From positions 124,744,001 to 124,808,000 of the forward strand of contig NC_043000.1 in the NCBI RefSeq assembly GCF_006345805.1: a stretch of 64,000 nucleotides of DNA, given 5' to 3'. Position 1 is the stretch's first letter, and every line of letters begins with the position of its first letter. Under the pieces are notes generated by a model. That model was given only the letters and a program-made list of their open reading frames with translations, was not told the DNA's origin and ran no database searches. This DNA is from Octopus sinensis (taxonomy: Eukaryota). A program made the position numbers and the translations under genes. Shown in pieces: positions 39,325-52,552 of this stretch.

Positions 39325-39370
39325 TCTTTGATGAAGGGATATCCTTCATATCCCTGAAACAGCTGTAAGA
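39325..39370 (+). ncRNA. Minimal type I hammerhead ribozyme motif (Penelope-type)
   Basis: TCT-TTGATGA-AGGGATAT-CCTTC-ATATCCCT-GAAAC-AGCT-GTA-AGA: core boxes with a C3U change, perfect 8-bp stem II, palindromic stem III ACAGCTGT, GUA cleavage triplet. Confidence 0.65.
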
Positions 39371-39615
39371 CTACCTTTCTCTTTATAAATATCCGTGAAA
39401 TTCCACACTGCTTTGGCTTTGTTGTCTCATTTTATTTAACATATACATGCTCACACACGACCCACACTAGACTCCTCACTCATACAATTATCAAACCGGA
39501 ACTTTAACTATGGTCATTCTGTAACACTTACATAGTCTTACCTGCTATTTTGGGTCCTCTAGATACTAAACCTCTCATATCTTTACATATATATACACAC
39601 ACACACATGCATGCA

Positions 39616-40333
39616 TTTTCCACTGTTTGAAGCAGTCTTGGAACTCTTGCGAAAAGATGCCTTGTAATGCCTCTCTTGTTTTTTATCTTCTTAATCTCTT
39701 CCACATCTGCAAATTCTATTGCACCAGCAGCTTTCATTACCAAAGATAACCTTTCAATTCACAACATGCATTCACTTGTGACTGCTTTCGATCTTCCATG
39801 AGCAAGTAAGGCACAAATTTTGCTGCAACTCTTTTCATTCGCAATTCTTCTCTCAAAATTCTTTGGCAAGAGCTCTAGAACTCACCAGTCATATTAACAA
39901 GTTCATCAATTATTTGACAATGGCCCTCCAAGATCACTTCATGAATTTTTGTGATGTTTTCATTCATTCAGGAGGTCAACAGTTTTCCCCGAATGAGGTT
40001 GGTCTACAGGTAACAATTGACCATTCCTAAAGCATGAAAACCATTCATAAATTTGTTTTTGCTCATGGCAGCATCCTTGTAAACTGTTTGGAGTATGACA
40101 ACTGTTTCAGCTACCATTTTTTTCTTCAACAGAAAACAGAATTTCATGGAAGCATGCTGTTCCTTTGTTTGAATCATTGCAAAAATCGATGAATAGGAGG
40201 GAAACACTGCAAAACAAAGCTGCACCATGTGGCAATACAACTTCAATCAATGTGGCTTCTAGCAGTGGAAGCCTAAATTACAACAGGCTTGTTTCACAGT
40301 GAATGTTTCCAGTTACTTTTGGGTGCCTCCTTG
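39616..40333 (-). mobile_element. Mariner remnant (internally deleted)
   Basis: EQHASMKFCFLL..AETVVILQTVYKDAAMSK and FADVEEIKK. TIR-like end TTCCAGTTACTTTTGGGTGCCTCCTTG followed by TA. Same family as 59800-60735. Confidence 0.75.
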
Positions 40334-40599
40334 TAACAATGAATGAAAAATAATTTAAGATATATGTGTATGTATATATATATATATATACAGGGTGACC
40401 TGGAAAAACAATATCCATGAAAATTTTATTAGATCCTACAAAGGTCTGTGTATGATCATTCCCTTGAACTTATATGATCCTTCCCTTAAACTTCAGTTTG
40501 TGTATGATCATTCCCTTTGCATAAAAGTCATGTTCTTTTCAAAATATGCTCCAAATGGCATACGTCGTGCAAAATTGTCAATTACTTGAACACAATCCT

Positions 40600-40955
40600 C
40601 TTTGGTCGATGCCAGTGTCCCCTGACTGGCTCCCATGCCAGTGGCATGTAAAAAGTATCATCCGAAAGTGGTCAATGCCAGGGCTCCTGTGCTGGTGTCA
40701 CATAAAATGCACCATCCAAAAGTGGTCGATGCCAGTGCCCCCTGACTGGCTCCCATGCCAATGGCACATAAAAAGCATCCACTATGCTCTCAGAGTGGTT
40801 GGCATTAGGAAGGGCAACCAGCTGTAGAAACCTTGCCTGATCAGATTGGAGCCTGGTGCAGCCTCCTGGCTTGCCAATCCTCAGTCAAACCGTCCAACCC
40901 ATGCCAGCATGGAAAACAGACGTCAAATGGTGATGATAATAATGACGATGATGAC
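40600..40955 (+). mobile_element. RTE-LINE 3' end (diverged subfamily)
   Basis: Three GTGGCAxxTAAAA.GCACC units and the family tail. Confidence 0.7.
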
Positions 40956-42194
40956 ATAAACACAGAGTTTCTCTCTGTTGCCATACAATGTACACATGGG
41001 TGTTGCGCATCGTTCTTTTCATGCAGTATATTATATAAACATAGAATATAGCAAACAACAATCTTCAAAGGCCTATCCTTAATACTTATCTGATTCACCC
41101 CCATACCCTATAACTCTAACAGAACCCACATGACTTAAGGATAATGCATTTCCTCTCAGGGAGAACAATATTATCTTTGTAAAGAATCCATTCTTCCTTC
41201 TTACCCTCTTTATATTTCATATTTTATATTTTATGGGAAAATTATTGATCTTTAAAACTTACAATTGCTATACATATGATCTGAAATACATAGTTCAGAT
41301 TAGGTGTTATTTCAATTCATTGTTTACAAATGTAACAAAAACTATGCCCCATGTTGTTGTTATTGCTGTTTAATCCCAGCTCAACTTTGATCAAAGCAGA
41401 TCTGAGATCAAAGATGATTCTGTTATGAGCTTCCCAAACATCGTATATCAGGGATTGGATTATTCAATGCATCCTTGTTTATTTATTGGTGGTTGGAAGC
41501 CATGTTCATTTTAGAGAAATTACAAATAAATGCATCACCAGCAGCAGCAACTGTGCAGGGGGGGGAGCGCCCCCTGTTGTACTCTTTCGCTCCAACTTTC
41601 TCTCACTCTTTCTTCCTGTTTCTTGTCCCCGACTTCCTACGCAACCGCTGAGCCTGGATGTGCATTCATCCATCCGTCGATGCTCTCAGTGTTGGGGGTT
41701 GACCTGCTTTCTCTTCTGCGGGTCTTAGGAATAGCAAAGGACCATGTTTTGGACTTCTCCCATCTTGCAAGCTCTGGGACGAAGACCGTTCGCTCAACAG
41801 CAACAGCAACAGCAGCATCCATTTTCCATGCCAGCATGGGCTGGATGGTTTGACAGGATCCAACAAGCTGGAGGACTTCATTGAGCTCCAATGTCAGTTT
41901 TAAAATGGTTTCTATTGGTTGGATGCCCTTCCTAATGCAAACCACTTTACAGTGTTTACTGGATGCCGTTTTTGCATTACACTGGCACTAGCGAGGTTGC
42001 CTGTATCCTATGGAACAAACTTTACAATTTTTGTTCTTTCTATGACTGTTAGGAAGGAAGGGCAGAGCCCATGATTTTTACAGACTTACATAGACTTATG
42101 AGAGTGATGTGGCTGATACCTAGCTGGTAAATAGATTGGAGTAAGTATGGGAATCAAATATCAGATCTGAATCCTCACAGCAAAATTATCTGTA

Positions 42195-42548
42195 ACAAGA
42201 GCACAAGCCTTGACCAAGGCAATACCAATATCCTCTTAACGATTAACCAAAGATGATTTTTAAAATGAGAATGCTTGAAATAAACTTGACTGCTCTCACA
42301 AATCAGAATACTAAAAACGAACCCTACTGCTGTCAAAAATGAAGCAAAAGAAACAGAAAAATAATTCAGAATCCTTGACTGGTACCAGATCGATCCCCAA
42401 ATTTAATCTGTTTGTGCTAGTCATGAGGCCAAACATCCCTGAAAGTTTCATCTGAATCCATTCAGTGGTTCTTGAGATATCTTGTCCATGGACAAACAAA
42501 CAAACACGACTGAAAACAATACTTCTGCCTTCTCTCAGGTGGAAGAAA
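42195..42548 (+). mobile_element. Non-autonomous element with internal (CAAA)n and terminal hairpin (Helentron/HINE-like)
   Basis: Second copy at 50758-51545. AACAAGAG start, (CAAA)n, decayed terminal hairpin that is intact in the second copy. Classification inferred. Confidence 0.5.
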
Positions 42549-43199
42549 TAAAGGCACTCAGCAGTGGTGTTAAACAGGGTGATGTTTTCTACTTGCAGCT
42601 GTTTCACTGTATTTGCATAACTGACATTAACACTCTCCTTGTTAAATAGCGTAAATTAATGACTCTCATTTTCTCCAGTAATTCCTTGAAGTTAATAGAG
42701 CTTGTCATATAACAGACAGATACATATGGCTACTAATAATCAAGTAGGAAATACAGTTTGTATACTCATGTGTAGAACAGCTTGTCAGTAAATGATGTTT
42801 CATTAATGTCTAAGCAGCTGCTTATTTCAAGATTTCTGTTATAAATAATCCATTGCTATCCATGAAGAAATTGATACCATCATGGATAATTCAGATGAAA
42901 TTTAACCTAATATGAAAGCAAACCAACGTTCAAGGGAAGAAAATACCTAAAGAATAAAAATCATTTCGGATATAACATCATTATTTTTAATATTTGTAAT
43001 TTTGTAGAAATATTAATATATAATTATATTAATATATAACTATGTATGTAATTTTGTAGTTGTGCTTAGCTGACCACAGTCTCTTTTCTTATGGATTTAT
43101 TAAATTTAGAATGGTTCATAATTTGTTATGCATGCTGTGTCCTTTCTATGAGTTGGCTGGAAACCAAATATACAAATTCAATTTATTGTAGAAAGATAT

Positions 43200-43420
43200 C
43201 TTTCTTCTTCTTCTTCTTCTTCTTCTTCTTCTTCTTCTTCTTCTTCTTCTTCTTCTTCGACTTCATCTTCTTCTCCTTCTTCATCTCATCCTCCTCCTCC
43301 TCCTCCTCCTCCTTCTTTTTCATCATCATCATCTTCTTCATCATCATCATCATCATCATCTTCATCATCATCATCATTTTCTTCTTCATCATCATCATCA
43401 TCATCACCATCATCATCATC

Positions 43421-43465
<45 letters not shown>

Positions 43466-43510
43466 TTCTTCTTCTCCTCCTCCTTCTCTTCCTCCTCCTC
43501 CTCCTCCCCC
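43200..43510. repeat. Compound (TTC)(TCC)(ATC) microsatellite
   Basis: Seen directly. Confidence 0.95.
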
Positions 43511-44318
43511 CATCTTTGTCATTACTATCATCCTCCTTCTCCAACAGACCCACTTCCTACAGCCTCCTGTCTTTTAATTTACTTTATTGAATTTAAATTT
43601 TGAGATTTTCTCCCTTGTCCTTTTTTTTTGACCAAAATTAATAAGTAAACCAATGGTTCCTTTCTCCTCATTAAGGGCTTAATTTCTATTAATTAAAATA
43701 TGGCTCATGTCATTAACGTTTATTACAGACTTCACTATGAAATAATTAGTTTGCTAATGAAAAACTTTTTCTGAAAAATATATATTTAATAAACAACTAT
43801 ATAAATCAATAGTAATTACACAAAAAGTAATAAAATAACATAAACTAATTAGAAACTATACTACCATTCTCCGATTAATGAACAAGTAAGAGAGAGCCTC
43901 TATGGAATTGTGTGACCTGTTAAAAATAGCAGCTAAATTCACTCAGATCGCTCTCTGCTGTCTTATAAAAAAGAATGATGTACTGGATAATGTATCTTAT
44001 CATATTCCCAGCTCACATAGAAGGGGCAAGGATTAAATAATAAGAACAACCCTCATGAACATCTGAATGGAAACTGTACTTCATTTGTTGGTTAACAACA
44101 CAACAAATGTTTTCATGTGAAGAGATCTTCACAATTGTTCAAATGGAGATGAGTGCCAACACTACCATATGGCATGCTTGAACAATTGTGAAAATCTGTT
44201 CGCATGAAACTATTGGTTGCCTTGTTAACCCACAAATAAACAATTTTTATCCCCCAGTGCAGTATTGAGCACTCGTTCCCCCTGTTCAATAGTAGCATTG
44301 CATGTATATATATATATA

Positions 44319-44656
44319 CAGGTACTGAACCTCTTATCTGGAATCCCAAAATCCGGAATTACCAGAAATCCACTAATTTTTGAAACTAGCTAGCTATGAG
44401 TTTCGCGGGCGATAGTTGTTCGCCATGCGGCCACTTTGTTTTTGTTTCTGTGGTGTATGTGTCACATGACACCAGATCAAATGGATCCTGCTTTAGAAAT
44501 GTATTACTTTGTATATGTTACACAGTTTTGTTCTTTACTTTTCGCTGTTTATTTTATATTTTTGGTATATATTTAGCTGTGTCCAGAAACCTGGAAAATC
44601 CAGAAATCTGGACCACCTCCAGTCCCAAGGTTGCCGGATAAGAGGTTCTGTACTTG
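44319..44656. mobile_element. Tigger/pogo-type MITE
   Basis: TIRs CAGGTACTGAACCTCTTATCTGGA and GCCGGATAAGAGGTTCTGTACTTG. Preceded by TA. Internal short AATCC.GAA repeats. Confidence 0.7.
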
Positions 44657-47044
44657 CATATGTGTGTGTATGTGTGTGTGTGTGTGCGTGTGTGTGTGGA
44701 TGAGTGCATGCATTTAGTTTGTGTGTTTGGTCTGTGTTTATTTATTTTGGAATTGTGTTGCAGTTGTAAATGAGCTTCCCTGTCATACAAGAGGTGTTCT
44801 TCATTTCCAATTTTCTGTGAAAAGATGTATGGCCAGGAGGAAATATTACCTTGCTTAGAGAAAAAAGTGTAGGCTGGTGACAGGAAGACCTCAATGAATT
44901 CCGTCTGACCCATGCGAGCATGGAAAAATGGATGTTAAAATGATGATGATGATGATGATGATGATGATAACGAAATGACTGAAACATTTGTCGATAACAT
45001 GCAAGGTGGGGCAATGAAACAGATTGTACTCCTCTGTCAACAAATATTTTGTTGAGAGATTTAAAGAAAGTCTTCTTGTTTGACATTAGCTGTCAAGCTA
45101 AAAATATTTTCACTTTGCTTTAATGCATTACATGCTTAATATAAACAGGATTAAGTGAATTTCTAGGAAATCAGAAAACAAATTTGATCACTCAATTTAT
45201 CATGTCTTGTGGAAATATTAAGCATAATTTCAATATTTTCCTTAATTTCTTCCATAATTCTAATTCCATAATCACAGAACAGACATGCACACGCACATTC
45301 AAAAAATTCTTTAAAGCATAAAATAACAAATAAATAAACTTAAGGGAAAATCACTGCCACAAAGAAATTGACAATTTTATGGTGGAAATATTTCCATTAG
45401 GTATTTGTTTGTTACATTACATCTCTTATGCCCAGCTGACATAGCAATGATTTAATAATCAAAAGAAAATTTGGCTGTGATACTCCACTTACTTTCAGAA
45501 GCTTCTATCTTCACTTTAACCAATATTATTTTTCTGTTCCCTTTTAAAAAAAATTTCTTTTTTTGCCAATTGAAAAGCAATTTACGAACTGTTTAGTTTA
45601 AAAGTCAAGAGGAAAGTTGATTTTTGTCCAAAATTTAGTAGTTTTACCACCAATTTTTATAGCAAGAGGCCGTCAAAAATGCTGGCAGACTGGAAACAGG
45701 AACCTCGTTGAGTGCATGACAGAGGAAACTGGAGAATTTAATAAGCTGACCCTTGGACACAGAAAGGGCACCTGGCTGATGAATATGAACGAATCATCAT
45801 CATATCATCATCATCATCATCATCATCCTCCTCCTCATCATCATCATCATTTAATGTCCACCTTCCATACTGGCTAGAAGCATATTATTAGAAGAGATAG
45901 GGTTGAGTGTTCATAACTAAGAGTGGGTGATGGTGAAAGAAAAGAAGTTATCCTCAGGCTGGAGACCTGGCCCAACTATTTCCGTCAGACTCGACTCTGT
46001 TAACGGTATCCATAAGCTAAGGACTAGTGTTAAACCAGGTGATGGATGTTGGTGTAATTCTATTAAATTCCATTCACAAGGCTTTGGTAAACCCATTGCT
46101 GTAGTATAAGAGACTTGTCCAAGGTGCTGTTTAGTGAGATTGAACCTGAAACCATACAAACATAAAACAAGCCAGCAGCCATTTTAGATGAGGCAAGATT
46201 GTTTTTTGTACATTTATGCTTCTGTTCAGTTCTCCTTCTGGAGCATTTGAAAGCAGCAAATATTTTAATTTGAATGTTCCACAGCCAAGAACAGATTAAA
46301 CTTGAATTATTTTCCTTTTATGGTCTGCAAAATAAGAAATCACAGCTTGCTACACACTTGTATCTTAAACGACTTTCATACATTTGTCTAGTTTGAATAA
46401 GAATATCATTTTATGATAATTCAATATAAATGCAGATCACTAGTTTACATTTTTTGCCTATTATATTGGAGACAAAGAACAACTATGAGCTCAATATATC
46501 ACTTGTAATATGGTATGACATTTAATTTTTATTGTGTGAAACTATCGGCAGTATTCTGATTTGTGAAGGTAAGTGGCCTGATGGTTAAGGTGTTGAACTC
46601 ATGACTGTTAGGACAGAGGTTCGTTTCTCAGGTTGGGTGGTGTGTTGTTCTTTGTGTAAGGAACTTCATATCACATTATTCTAGTACACCAGCCTTCAAA
46701 TGAGTACCAGTGGTGCCTAGGGGATCTAACCCTACAACAGATTGGTGCCCCATTCAGGGTGGACTCTTGTACCCTCAGCCTAAATACTTTGAAAATCTGG
46801 ATGAGCTCTGGCCTCATGAGTCTCTTAAGCTCAAAACAGACTTTAAAAGCTCTGATTATAAAAGGAAAAAGTCTCATAAAAAAACAAAAGCAATTACAAT
46901 AGTGAAAATCCTGGAGTCAGCTAAATTCAGTGAAACTAAAGGTTCAAGAAGCTTTCAAAGTAATCTCAAGCACTTTGCTCAAAATTTTACAGGCTTTTTG
47001 AAAGGATTAAAGGCAAAGTCAACCTTGGCGGAATTAGTGAAATC

Positions 47045-47527
47045 AAAAAATCAAAATCAAAATCAAATTTGATGACTGGCATCCGTGCTAGTGGAGTGCT
47101 AAGAGTACAATCCGAGTGTGATTGTTGCCAGAGCCACAAATTGGCTTCTGTGCTGGTGGTACGTAAAAAGCACAATCTGAGCGTGATCGTAACCTGCATT
47201 GCCTTACTGGCACTTGTGCTGGAGGCATGTGAAAAAACATTCGAGCGAGGTCGTTGCCAGTGCCACTGGACTGGCTCCTGTGCAGGTGGCACATAAAAAG
47301 CACCATTTGAGCATGGCTGTTGCCAGTACCTCCTGACTGGCCCTTGTGCCAGTGGCATGTAAAAGCACCCGCTACACTCTCAGTGTGGTTGGCGTTAGGA
47401 AGAGCATCTAGCTGTAGAAACTCTGCCAGATCAAGATTGGAGCCTGGTTTGCCAGTCCTCAGTCAAATTGTCCAACCCATGCTAGCATGGAAAGTGGACG
47501 TTAAACGATGATGATGATAATGATAAT
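47045..47527 (+). mobile_element. RTE-LINE 3' UTR inserted in a SINE B copy
   Basis: Four repeat units and a (GAT)n tail. SINE B pieces at about 47000-47035 and 47540-47580. Confidence 0.75.
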
Positions 47528-47679
47528 GAACATAGCAGCAGGCAAAATACCACTATGCATTTTGCCTGGCATGCTAACACCTTAACGATTTTTAAGGATT
47601 GAAAATAGAGAAGTACTCATTATTAAAGTTAATTTTTGACCTCCCTTATAGTTCCTGCACATTTATTTTGTTTGTATAT

Positions 47680-48008
47680 GGCTGGGCACTCTGTTGGTTA
47701 GGATGATGAGTGTACCAGTTGATTTGATCAATGGAACAGCCTGCTTCTAAAGTTAAAGTGCAAGTAGCTGAGCACTCCACAGACATGCATACCATTAATG
47801 AAGTTCTCAAGAAGATTCAGTATGATGCACTGAATGTGAAAAGACAAGCCTATTGAACTACAGGTACAACTTGTTTTTGTCAGCTAAGTGGACAGGAGAA
47901 ATGTTAAATGGAGTGTCTTGCTCAAGGATCAATGCACCAACAGGAATTGAACTCATGGCCTTACAACTGTTAGCCAAATGCATTAACCATTAAGCCATGC
48001 ATCTTCAC
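47680..48008 (-). mobile_element. SINE (family C-type tail, degenerate)
   Basis: GATCAATGGAACAGCCTGC..GCTGAGCACTCCACAGAC, and head TTAACCATTAAGCCAT. Confidence 0.6.
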
Positions 48009-48049
48009 TGTTAGTACATGGTCTAACTGTAATTAAAAAAACATTGCAA

Positions 48050-49201
48050 ATGGTAAAAGAGACGAACTCTGTAACTGGTTGAAGTCCTTTATTTTCAGTC
48101 GAAAAGAGGTTGTCACAGTTCTAGGACAGCCCTCTTCGCCCTATGAGATGACATCTGGTGTACCACAGGGATCTGTTCTTGGCCCCCTTTTATTTGTTGC
48201 ATATGTTAATGACATAGATGCCAACTTAAAGAATGCCACAGTGCTGAAATATGCAGATGACATCAAGCTGTACCTCGAAATAAAGAGGTCAAATCCTGTA
48301 CACTATAGATCTCTATTGCAAGCAGACCTGGACACAATGCAGCAGTGGATCATGGACTGGCAACTCAAGCTGGCTGTGGACAAATGTACCACCATGCATT
48401 TTGGGAGGAGAAACCCAGCGTCCACCTACTCCCTCCACAACACTAGTCTCAAAAAGTCTTCATGTGAACGTGACCTGGGTGTTATTGTCGACAGTGATTT
48501 GCATTGGACAAAACACATCGCTAAAATTGTCAAGAAGGCTAAGGGTGTCTTGGCATCACTCACCAAATCCTTTGTGAGCCGCTCTCCAGCTATCTATCTG
48601 CGGCTTTATATAGCTATGGTGCGACCTCATCTGGAATTTGCATCACCGGTCTGGAACCCCTATCTTGCCCAGGATATCAATCGTCTGGAAGCTGTTCAGC
48701 GACGTGCAACCAAAAGAATACCCTCCATCAGGCATTTGCCATATCCTGAACGCCTTACTTCCCTGGGCATGGACACATTGAAACTCTGACGTCTGGCAGC
48801 TGACTTGGCAGACACCCATAAAATTATCAACCATCGTACAAACAATAACTCTGAGCACCTTTTCAAACTCCACCCATCTAACACCCGTGGACATATTTAC
48901 AAAGTAAGAAAACAGCACAGCTCCCATGACTTCAAGAAACATTTTTTCACGCTGAGAGTTGCTGAAGCATGGAACAAACTGCTGGCATCAGTTGTTAGTT
49001 GTCGGAGCACTGCATCCTTCAAAACTTCCATGCTTTCTGAGATTCGCCAACACTACACCTGATTTTCTCCCCTCCATACACACACAGGCATGTATCTGAC
49101 TCATACATTGTTCGCTTTCCAGACATTTCTACATTACTGCATGTACTTTATATGCACTTTCTGACAAGTTGTGGTGCACCTGAGCACTGTATACAATAAT
49201 T

Positions 49202-49233
<32 letters not shown>
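48050..49233 (+). mobile_element. 5'-truncated CR1-type LINE (RT C-terminal half)
   Basis: SGVPQGSVLGPLLF, KYADD, ERDLGV, VRPHLEFASPVWNP, LEAVQRRATKRIP. One in-frame TGA at 48787 (probably CGA>TGA). ORF ends at 49062. (ATT)n tail. Confidence 0.92.
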
Positions 49234-49236
<3 letters not shown>

Positions 49237-49269
49237 AAATATTTTGCCTCTTTGTCATTTTTGAGAAGT

Positions 49270-49428
49270 CCATAGAACTAAGTTGAGTTCAGAAGAAGGA
49301 CATGAGCAAAAAACAGGGACAGAACTATTGAGCCAATCCATGGAAATGCATTCCATAGAACTAAGTTGGGTTCAGAAGGACATGAGCAAAAAATAGGGGC
49401 AGAACTATTGAGCCAATCCATGGAAATT
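49270..49428. repeat. Tandem duplication of about 80 bp
   Basis: CCATAGAACTAAGTTG..GAGCCAATCCATGGAAAT occurs twice. Confidence 0.85.
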
Positions 49429-49772
49429 AGGAAAATTCATGGTAATCCATGCTAACTAGAAAAAAAAAATATATGAAAAGGAGTTAGAAAAAGAAAGAAT
49501 TTTTCTGTGAGGAAATGCTTCTAATATTCAGTGATAAGGTAGTGAGCTGACAGAATCGTTAACACATTAGGTGAAATGCTTAGCAGCCTTTTGTCTATCT
49601 TTATGTTGTCAGTTCAAATTCTGCAGAGTCTGACCTTGCCTTTTATCCTTTCGGACTCAATAAAATAAATTCAATAATAAAGAGATGAGGAATTATGTAT
49701 ATTATTTACATTAGATGGATATTTGTCCTCTTCTTGTTTGTTGTTAACACAACATTTCGACTGATGTACCCT

Positions 49773-50054
49773 CCAGACCTTTCTCTTACCAAATACCACT
49801 TTTTCAAGCACCTAGATGGTTTCCTATGAGAGGAGTTAAAAAATCAAACCAATGCTGAAAGTGCATTCAAAGAGTTCATCAGCTCAAGAACTCCAACTTC
49901 TATGTTACCAGAATAAACAAACTTGTAACTCATTGGCAAAAATGTGTTGATTGTAGAGGTACTTACTTTGATGAGTAAAATTTCTGTATTGTTGAAATAT
50001 ATTCTGATGAATTTCATGTTTCAAAACGTTGCTTACTTTTTACTCAGCCTGATA
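49773..50054 (+). mobile_element. Mariner (cecropia/Hsmar1-like) 3' fragment
   Basis: PDLSLTKYHFFKHLDGFL*..NQTNAESAFKEFISSR..FYVTRINKLVTHWQKCVDCRGTYFDE*. TIR-like end AAAACGTTGCTTACTTTTTACTCAGCCTGATA. Confidence 0.8.
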
Positions 50055-50277
50055 AAAGCAACATTGAATCACAGTTTTACTTAGAGTATATGTTAGGCTT
50101 TTAACTTTATCTTTATGTCTGAGCCTAAAAGGAAGCCTCTACATAGTGACTTGACCTCATAAAAATAGCAGCTAAGGCTGTCTCAGACAACACCTTCTTT
50201 GGAGCTGTTTCTGAGGCTGAGCTCAGCTCCCAAATGATAAACCACAAAAATATACAATGTAAGAATTGCTTTAGTCT

Positions 50278-50501
50278 ATTCTTTTTGTTCTTTAATTTAT
50301 TTCAGTCATTTGACTGTGGCCATGCTGGAGCACAGCCATTAGCTGAACAAATTGACCCCAAGACTTATTCCTTGTAAGCCTAGTACTTATTCTGTCAGTC
50401 TCTTTTGCCGAACCACTAAGTTACGGGGAGATAAACACACCAACATTGGTTGTCAAAGCGATGGAGTGGGGTCAAACACAGATACACACACAAATATTTA
50501 C

Positions 50502-50544
<43 letters not shown>

Positions 50545-50730
50545 ATATAATATATATATATATATACATATACGACAGGCTTCTTTTAGTTTCCATCTAC
50601 CAAATCCATTCAGAAGGCTTTGGCCAGCCCAAGGCTATAGAAGAAGACACTTGCCTAAGATGCCACACAGTGGGATTGAACCCAGAACCATGTGGTTGGG
50701 AAGTAAGCTTCTTACCCACAGCCACTCCTG
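50278..50730 (-). mobile_element. SINE family A
   Basis: Tail and head motifs on the minus strand. Confidence 0.8.
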
Positions 50731-50757
50731 AACCTAAGAATCTCACAAACTAAGAAT

Positions 50758-51545
50758 AATAAGAGCACCCAGAGAACACAAATTTCCACCAAGGTAACAC
50801 CAATATCCTCTCAACGATTAGCTAGAGTTGGTTTTTATAATGAGAATATTTGAAATAAACTTAAGAGTGCTATGACCACCATCTGAGCATGATCGCTGCC
50901 AGAGCAGCTGACTGGCTTCTGTGCCGGTGGCATGTAAAAAGCACCATTCAAACATGATCATTACCAGCATCGCTGTACTGGCACTTGTGCTGGTGGTATG
51001 TGAAAAACATTTGAGTGAGGTCTTTGCCAGTGCCGCTGGACTGGCTCCTGTGCAGGTGGCATGTAAAAAACACCACTTGAGCTTGGTCGTTGCCAGTACC
51101 GCCTGACTGTCCCTCGTGCCAGTTGCACATAAAAGCACCCACTACACTCTCAGAGTGGTTGGCATTAGGCAGGGCATCCAGTTATAGAAACTCTTCCAGA
51201 TCAGATTGGAGCCTGGTGCAGCCATCTGGTTCACCAGTCCTCAGTCAAATCGTCCAAACCATGCTAACATGGAAAGCGGACGTTAAACGATGATGATGAT
51301 GATGAACCCAAGTCCTCTCAAAAATTAAGTAAAAAAAAACCCAGAAAAATAATCCAGAATCTTTGTCTGGTACCTGATCGATCCCAAAATCTAATCAGTT
51401 TGTGCCAGTCACGAGGCCAAACATCCCTGAAAGTTTCATCTGAATCCATCCAGCGGTTCTTGAGATATCTTGTTCATAGACAAACAAACAAACAAACTAA
51501 TATGACTGAAAACAATACCTCCGCCTTAGTAAAGACGGAGGTAAT
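50758..51545 (+). mobile_element. Helentron/HINE-like element interrupted by an RTE 3' UTR (50865-51304)
   Basis: Both halves match 42195-42548. Terminal hairpin TACCTCCGCCTT-AGTA-AAGACGGAGGTA. Confidence 0.55.
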
Positions 51546-52361
51546 TATCTCACAAATGACATTCACATGAAAGATAGTTTTGTAAAATGAAGTGATTCTC
51601 TCATCACTGCTTCAGTGATTACAGTGAAGTCTATGCATTGCTGATGAGATCATAATCCAGTCCAGTGTTACCTTCCGTACATGCCAAAATTAATGCATAT
51701 TATCAACAAATATTGTTTTCTTTTCTCAGCTTTTTAATGTTCTCTGTATTAAATATGTTTTATAAAATGTGACTTTTTTACAATTAGACTGTCTTAAAGA
51801 CTGCTGCATATTATTGGCATGAAGTTGTAAAAATTGTCAGTTTGGTTATGTGATTGGAAGAATAACAACATTTAAATTTGTAACCTCTAAGTCAACACAT
51901 TGATTTTCTTTTTTATCAGTTTATGTCATTTAAAAAAGCAAAAATTACGAAAGGCAAAACTCCCCACTAAACTAAAAAACTAAAAACTAAATAAAAACAA
52001 AGCATTTAAATGTAGAATTCTGAATTCCAAAGAAATTGTAACCCTTATTTTTTTTTAAAAAAAGGAACATGTGTAAAAGGAAATAAATGAAACCTTTTAG
52101 TACTGGTAAAAATTCTGAAATCTAAAGAATTTGTAAGCCTTAAGTTATAGTTCAACACATCTTTCCTTCAGTCAATCAGCTTTGTTTAAAATATACATAC
52201 ATTTATACACACACACACACACACATTAGATGATGATGATGATGATGATGTCTTTTTACTTATTTATCTTGTATTTTATTCTTTAGTATTCAATTTGTTT
52301 TCTATAAAACTTTTTGCTTGTGAATTAGTTTTTTTTCTTTTGTGTGTGTGTAAAAAAATGG

Positions 52362-52376
52362 TTGATGATGATGATG

Positions 52377-52440
<64 letters not shown>

Positions 52441-52552
52441 TAATAATGATAATAATAATAATGATAATAATAATAATAATGATAATAATAATGATGATGA
52501 TGATAATAATAATAATAATAATAATAATAAGAAGAAGAAGAAGAAGAAGAAG
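52362..52552. repeat. (GAT)(AAT)(AAG) microsatellite
   Basis: Seen directly. Confidence 0.95.

Noticed and set aside
43091-43603. 170-aa hydrophobic ORF and acidic antisense ORFs
   Set aside because: Stop-free trinucleotide repeats. The same applies at 52276-52647 and 26184-26848.
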